Below, piece by piece: positions 61,238 to 64,000 of a stretch of DNA of 64,000 bases. The stretch covers positions 64,001 to 128,000 of IMG/VR virus record IMGVR_UViG_3300027861_000011; one strand, given 5' to 3'. Every line of letters starts with the position of its first letter. Position 1 is the first letter of the stretch. This DNA is from a virus. The notes under the pieces are model-generated. The model did no database searches. It saw only the letters and a program-made list of their open reading frames with translations, and had not been told where the DNA came from. A program made the position numbers and the translations under genes.

Positions 61238-62443
61238 ATGGGATATTTAGACAACACATCGGGGTATGAGTTAACAGCAAAGTTAACACCTCAAGGAAGA
61301 ATAAAGTTAATAACAAACACTAATAACTTAATCACGCAATTTAGTCTAGGTGATTCAGATGCGTATTATGGTGCTTATACTGGCCTTACAGGAGGTCAAG
61401 TACCAGCAATTTCTGGTGACAATGAAGGTATCGATGTTAATAACGGTGGGGTTAATTATATATTTAAAAGTAGATTGAATTATAAAGGTTCTGTAGGTAA
61501 TAAATCAGTAGAACTTGGTTCGATAAGTGTTAACTCAAATTATGCGTTTATAGGTTATCAGAACATTCAGTATAGTGGTGGTAATATTACACAAAATGTT
61601 ATTAATATTAATAATTTAACAACTGACCCACTTACAAATCTTTATTACTCATTTGGTTTACCAATTACCTCTCCCCAAATAAATGAATTTACTGGAAAAA
61701 CAGTATCAGTTGGTGGTTGGTCAGATACTGCATTAAGTGGAATTGCCCAAACTAATATACTTGTAATTGGTATTGATAATTCTAAATATTCAGAACTTAT
61801 TGATGGTAAGAGTATTAAGTTAGAGATGGAGACTAGTGCCTCAACATATAATATTTACGGAACATACGAAAATAAAGGTGGCTCACTTACTACTGAAGAT
61901 TCAATGATTTATGATAGCTCTGGTAATATTATGCAGTTCGGTCCAAATAGAACTCTTTTATTCTCTGATGACATCCTTAAACCTAATGGTGGTGATGTTA
62001 CTAAGAGCTGGAGCACTGGATATGCAACAAACAAACCATTTAGTATTAATAATAAAGAACGTTGGAATATACGAACCAACACTAATATTAATTTAACCGC
62101 TGACAAACCAGTAGGTATAGCATATTTAGATAAAGGATTCTTAGTGATTACAGAACCGACTATTGTTGATGCGTATAATTCTGGGTTCTCTGGAGCTACT
62201 GGGACAACAATAACCTATAATAGTGCTAGAAATAAAGTATCACAATCTATTACGTGTATTGCTGGTAGAGGTGAGTTCGGAACATCCACTAACAACAGTT
62301 GGGCACCTGGTGATACACCTAGGATTACTGAATTAGGTCTTTGGGATAATACTGGAACGTTAATAGCCATAGCTAAACTTAATAAGACTTATTATAAACC
62401 ATCAAATGATTTTGTAGCATTTAATGTTACTATAGATTATTAA
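61238..62443 (+). CDS. Tail fibre/baseplate attachment protein (paralog of the previous gene)
   Basis: AKLTPQGRIKL...FSLGDSD and RITELGLWDNTGTLIAIAKL. Confidence 0.65.
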   Translation: MGYLDNTSGYELTAKLTPQGRIKLITNTNNLITQFSLGDSDAYYGAYTGLTGGQVPAISGDNEGIDVNNGGVNYIFKSRLNYKGSVGNKSVELGSISVNSNYAFIGYQNIQYSGGNITQNVININNLTTDPLTNLYYSFGLPITSPQINEFTGKTVSVGGWSDTALSGIAQTNILVIGIDNSKYSELIDGKSIKLEMETSASTYNIYGTYENKGGSLTTEDSMIYDSSGNIMQFGPNRTLLFSDDILKPNGGDVTKSWSTGYATNKPFSINNKERWNIRTNTNINLTADKPVGIAYLDKGFLVITEPTIVDAYNSGFSGATGTTITYNSARNKVSQSITCIAGRGEFGTSTNNSWAPGDTPRITELGLWDNTGTLIAIAKLNKTYYKPSNDFVAFNVTIDY

Positions 62444-62446
62444 TAC

Positions 62447-62474
62447 TTTACATTTAACAATAAACCTTTATACT
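62447..62474 (+). promoter_or_regulatory. Possible sigma70-like promoter for ruvC
   Basis: TTTACA-N16-TATACT; AT-rich background makes this weak. Confidence 0.3.
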
Positions 62475-62492
62475 TATTAAAAATTAAGTATT

Positions 62493-63146
62493 ATGGAAAG
62501 TGATGAAAATAAAGGTCTTATTTTAGGTCTTGACGTATCAACAAAAACAATAGGTATAGCCTTATTTGAAGATTTAGGCAATAAAGGTAAATTAAAATTA
62601 TTACATCACGTTACCCCAAAGATTAAACCGAAACCATCTAATAAGATGCAAGAGCTCTTTGAAAAAGCTAGAGTGTTTGAGGATGAGTTCTTAAATGGTT
62701 ATGCTGATATGGGGATAACAAAGGTTGTTATTGAAGAGCCACTTCTACGTTCAAATAACGTAAACACTGTCGCTACATTACTTAGATTTAATGGTATGAT
62801 TTCAAGGTCAGTATATGATACACTTGGTGTTATCCCAGAATTCATTTCATCTTACGATTCTAGAAAATATGCATTTCCAGAACTAATGCAAATTAGGACT
62901 CATAATAAAAAAGGTGAACCATATACAGAAAAAGAAATATCTAAGAAGAATCCAGTTTTATTTGGTGCTTATTCTTGGGATATTGATAAGAAAGAAATTG
63001 TATGGGGAAAAGTTGCTGATATAGAACCACAGATTACCTGGCTTTATACTAAAAACAAAACACTTAAGAAAGAAAATTTTGATATGACCGATAGTTATAT
63101 ATGTGTTATAGGTCATATGAATATGGGTGGTAGATGGAGTAAATAG
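62493..63146 (+). CDS. ruvC: RuvC-like Holliday junction resolvase
   Basis: LGLDVSTKTIG, VVIEEP and FDMTDS acidic catalytic residues. Confidence 0.8.
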   Translation: MESDENKGLILGLDVSTKTIGIALFEDLGNKGKLKLLHHVTPKIKPKPSNKMQELFEKARVFEDEFLNGYADMGITKVVIEEPLLRSNNVNTVATLLRFNGMISRSVYDTLGVIPEFISSYDSRKYAFPELMQIRTHNKKGEPYTEKEISKKNPVLFGAYSWDIDKKEIVWGKVADIEPQITWLYTKNKTLKKENFDMTDSYICVIGHMNMGGRWSK

Positions 63147-63164
63147 TATTTTAGTCAAAGTAAA

Positions 63165-63196
63165 TTTGTTTTATTGATTTAAATGTCGTATATTTG
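63165..63196 (+). promoter_or_regulatory. Bacteroidota primary-sigma promoter
   Basis: TTTG-N20-TATATTTG. Confidence 0.7.
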
Positions 63197-63207
63197 TTTT
63201 AATTAAT

Positions 63208-64000
63208 ATGGGAAATATTATAATTAATATATTAGAATCATTCTTAGGTAAATGCCATAATCATAATGAGGATAGTGGACAATCAGAATTTGATTGTCCA
63301 GCATGTGCTGAAGATAAGGGGTTAGCTCATGGTAATAGTGATGGTAAACATAAGTTAGCAGTAAACTACCAAAGAAACATATTTAGATGTTGGAGATGTG
63401 GTTTTGAAAATAATATGCATGGTAAGGTACCTAAATTAATCAAGAGGTACGGTAATAATAGAATTTTAAAGGAGTATGTATTAGTTAGACCAGATAATGA
63501 TGATGAAAAACAGGTACTAACTCAAATCGAAGTAAAGTTACCAAAAGGGTTTAAGAGACTTTCAGATTGTGATGGTAATTTCTATAAATACGACACAGCT
63601 TATAAATACATAACTGATAGAGGTATTACTGATGAAATGATTGATTTCTATGATATTGGATATACCGTTAGTGGTAAAAGACATGACAGAATCATAATAC
63701 CATCTTATGATAGCTTTGGTGATTTAAATTATTATATTGCTAGGTCATGGAGTAAATGGAATAAACCTAAGTATTTAAATCCACAAGCTGAAAAGCAATT
63801 ACTTATCTTTAATGAAAATAAGATTAATTGGGATGGTACTATCTATCTAGTGGAAGGAGCATTCGATAGTATTGTAATACCTAATTCCATACCCCTTTTA
63901 GGTAAGATGTTATCAGAGAAGCTTAAAATAGCCCTACTAGATAAAGCCAGAGCTGAAGTTGTTATTGTATTAGATGAAGATGCGTATGATGCTGCATTAA
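63208..64000 (+). CDS. dnaG: DNA primase (DnaG/gp61-like), 3'-truncated
   Basis: Not in the ORF track. Hand translation gives MGNILINILESFLG...FDCPAC...FRCWRCG (Zn finger), RIIIPSYD, KYLNP and TOPRIM YLVEGAFD...VIVLDED. Open to the window edge. Confidence 0.9.
   Translation, partial: MGNIIINILESFLGKCHNHNEDSGQSEFDCPACAEDKGLAHGNSDGKHKLAVNYQRNIFRCWRCGFENNMHGKVPKLIKRYGNNRILKEYVLVRPDNDDEKQVLTQIEVKLPKGFKRLSDCDGNFYKYDTAYKYITDRGITDEMIDFYDIGYTVSGKRHDRIIIPSYDSFGDLNYYIARSWSKWNKPKYLNPQAEKQLLIFNENKINWDGTIYLVEGAFDSIVIPNSIPLLGKMLSEKLKIALLDKARAEVVIVLDEDAYDAAL

Noticed and set aside
2066-62443. Extracellular contractile injection system or T6SS locus
   Set aside because: The tail genes are interleaved with SSB, UvsX, helicase, primase, RNR and a homing endonuclease, which is phage genome organisation. 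No eCIS AAA ATPase or T6SS membrane complex was seen.
267-63158. Numerous 60-140-aa antisense or alternate-frame ORFs in the track (e.g. 267-497, 4576-4884, 9895-10317, 35473-35829, 55676-56092)
   Set aside because: They lie fully within well-supported genes and show shadow-frame composition with no motifs or independent signals.
1-64000. Stop-codon reassignment as seen in some huge phages
   Set aside because: Conserved genes are full length in the standard code and end in TAA, TAG (patatin, tube, nrdA) or TGA (19523). The single in-frame TAG upstream of the 540-680 paralog is insufficient evidence.
1-64000. tRNA or rRNA genes
   Set aside because: The intergenic gaps are short and AT-rich, and no cloverleaf or T-loop (GGTTCGA) in a non-coding context was found by eye. 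tRNAscan-SE would confirm.

Overview
This window is about 30% GC, densely coding, almost entirely on the + strand, and uses the standard genetic code (TAA, TAG and TGA all serve as stops). It reads as part of a large lytic myovirus (T4-like/jumbo type) probably infecting Bacteroidota. Host evidence: four Bacteroidota-type TTTG-N20-TAnnTTTG promoters, A-rich SD-less leaders, SprB-like repeats and signal peptides with +1 Gln. Layout: patatin cassette (0.5-1.9 kb); tail module I with sheath, tube, chaperone/hub, tape measure, baseplate hub and amidase, plus a CAP-domain gene and a Hef-like endonuclease inserted antisense (2-26 kb); replication/nucleotide block with gp32-like SSB, RecA/UvsX, 5'-3' exonuclease, DnaB/gp41 helicase and class Ia RNR (28-36.5 kb); tail module II with wedge gp25/gp6-like genes and large outer-baseplate/fibre proteins (36.7-62.4 kb); RuvC-like resolvase and a truncated primase. 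I saw no capsid/terminase genes, tRNA, CRISPR array, integrase or reverse transcriptase. Most notable unexplained signals: (1) a probable +1 (or -2) frameshift at a T7 run just upstream of the tape measure gene; (2) a [ST]-G-x-T tetrapeptide strongly enriched only in outward-facing virion proteins, a candidate modification sequon; (3) a putative head-packaged protein whose signal peptide is hidden behind a cleavable leader; (4) a patatin gene flanked by two copies of a tiny unannotated DNA-binding-like gene; (5) a 132-bp 131/132-identical tract shared by two otherwise diverged fibre genes; (6) a 10-copy TATAATA array and a triple-hairpin element. All product calls come from motif recognition by eye, and all counts are hand counts; no searches were run.
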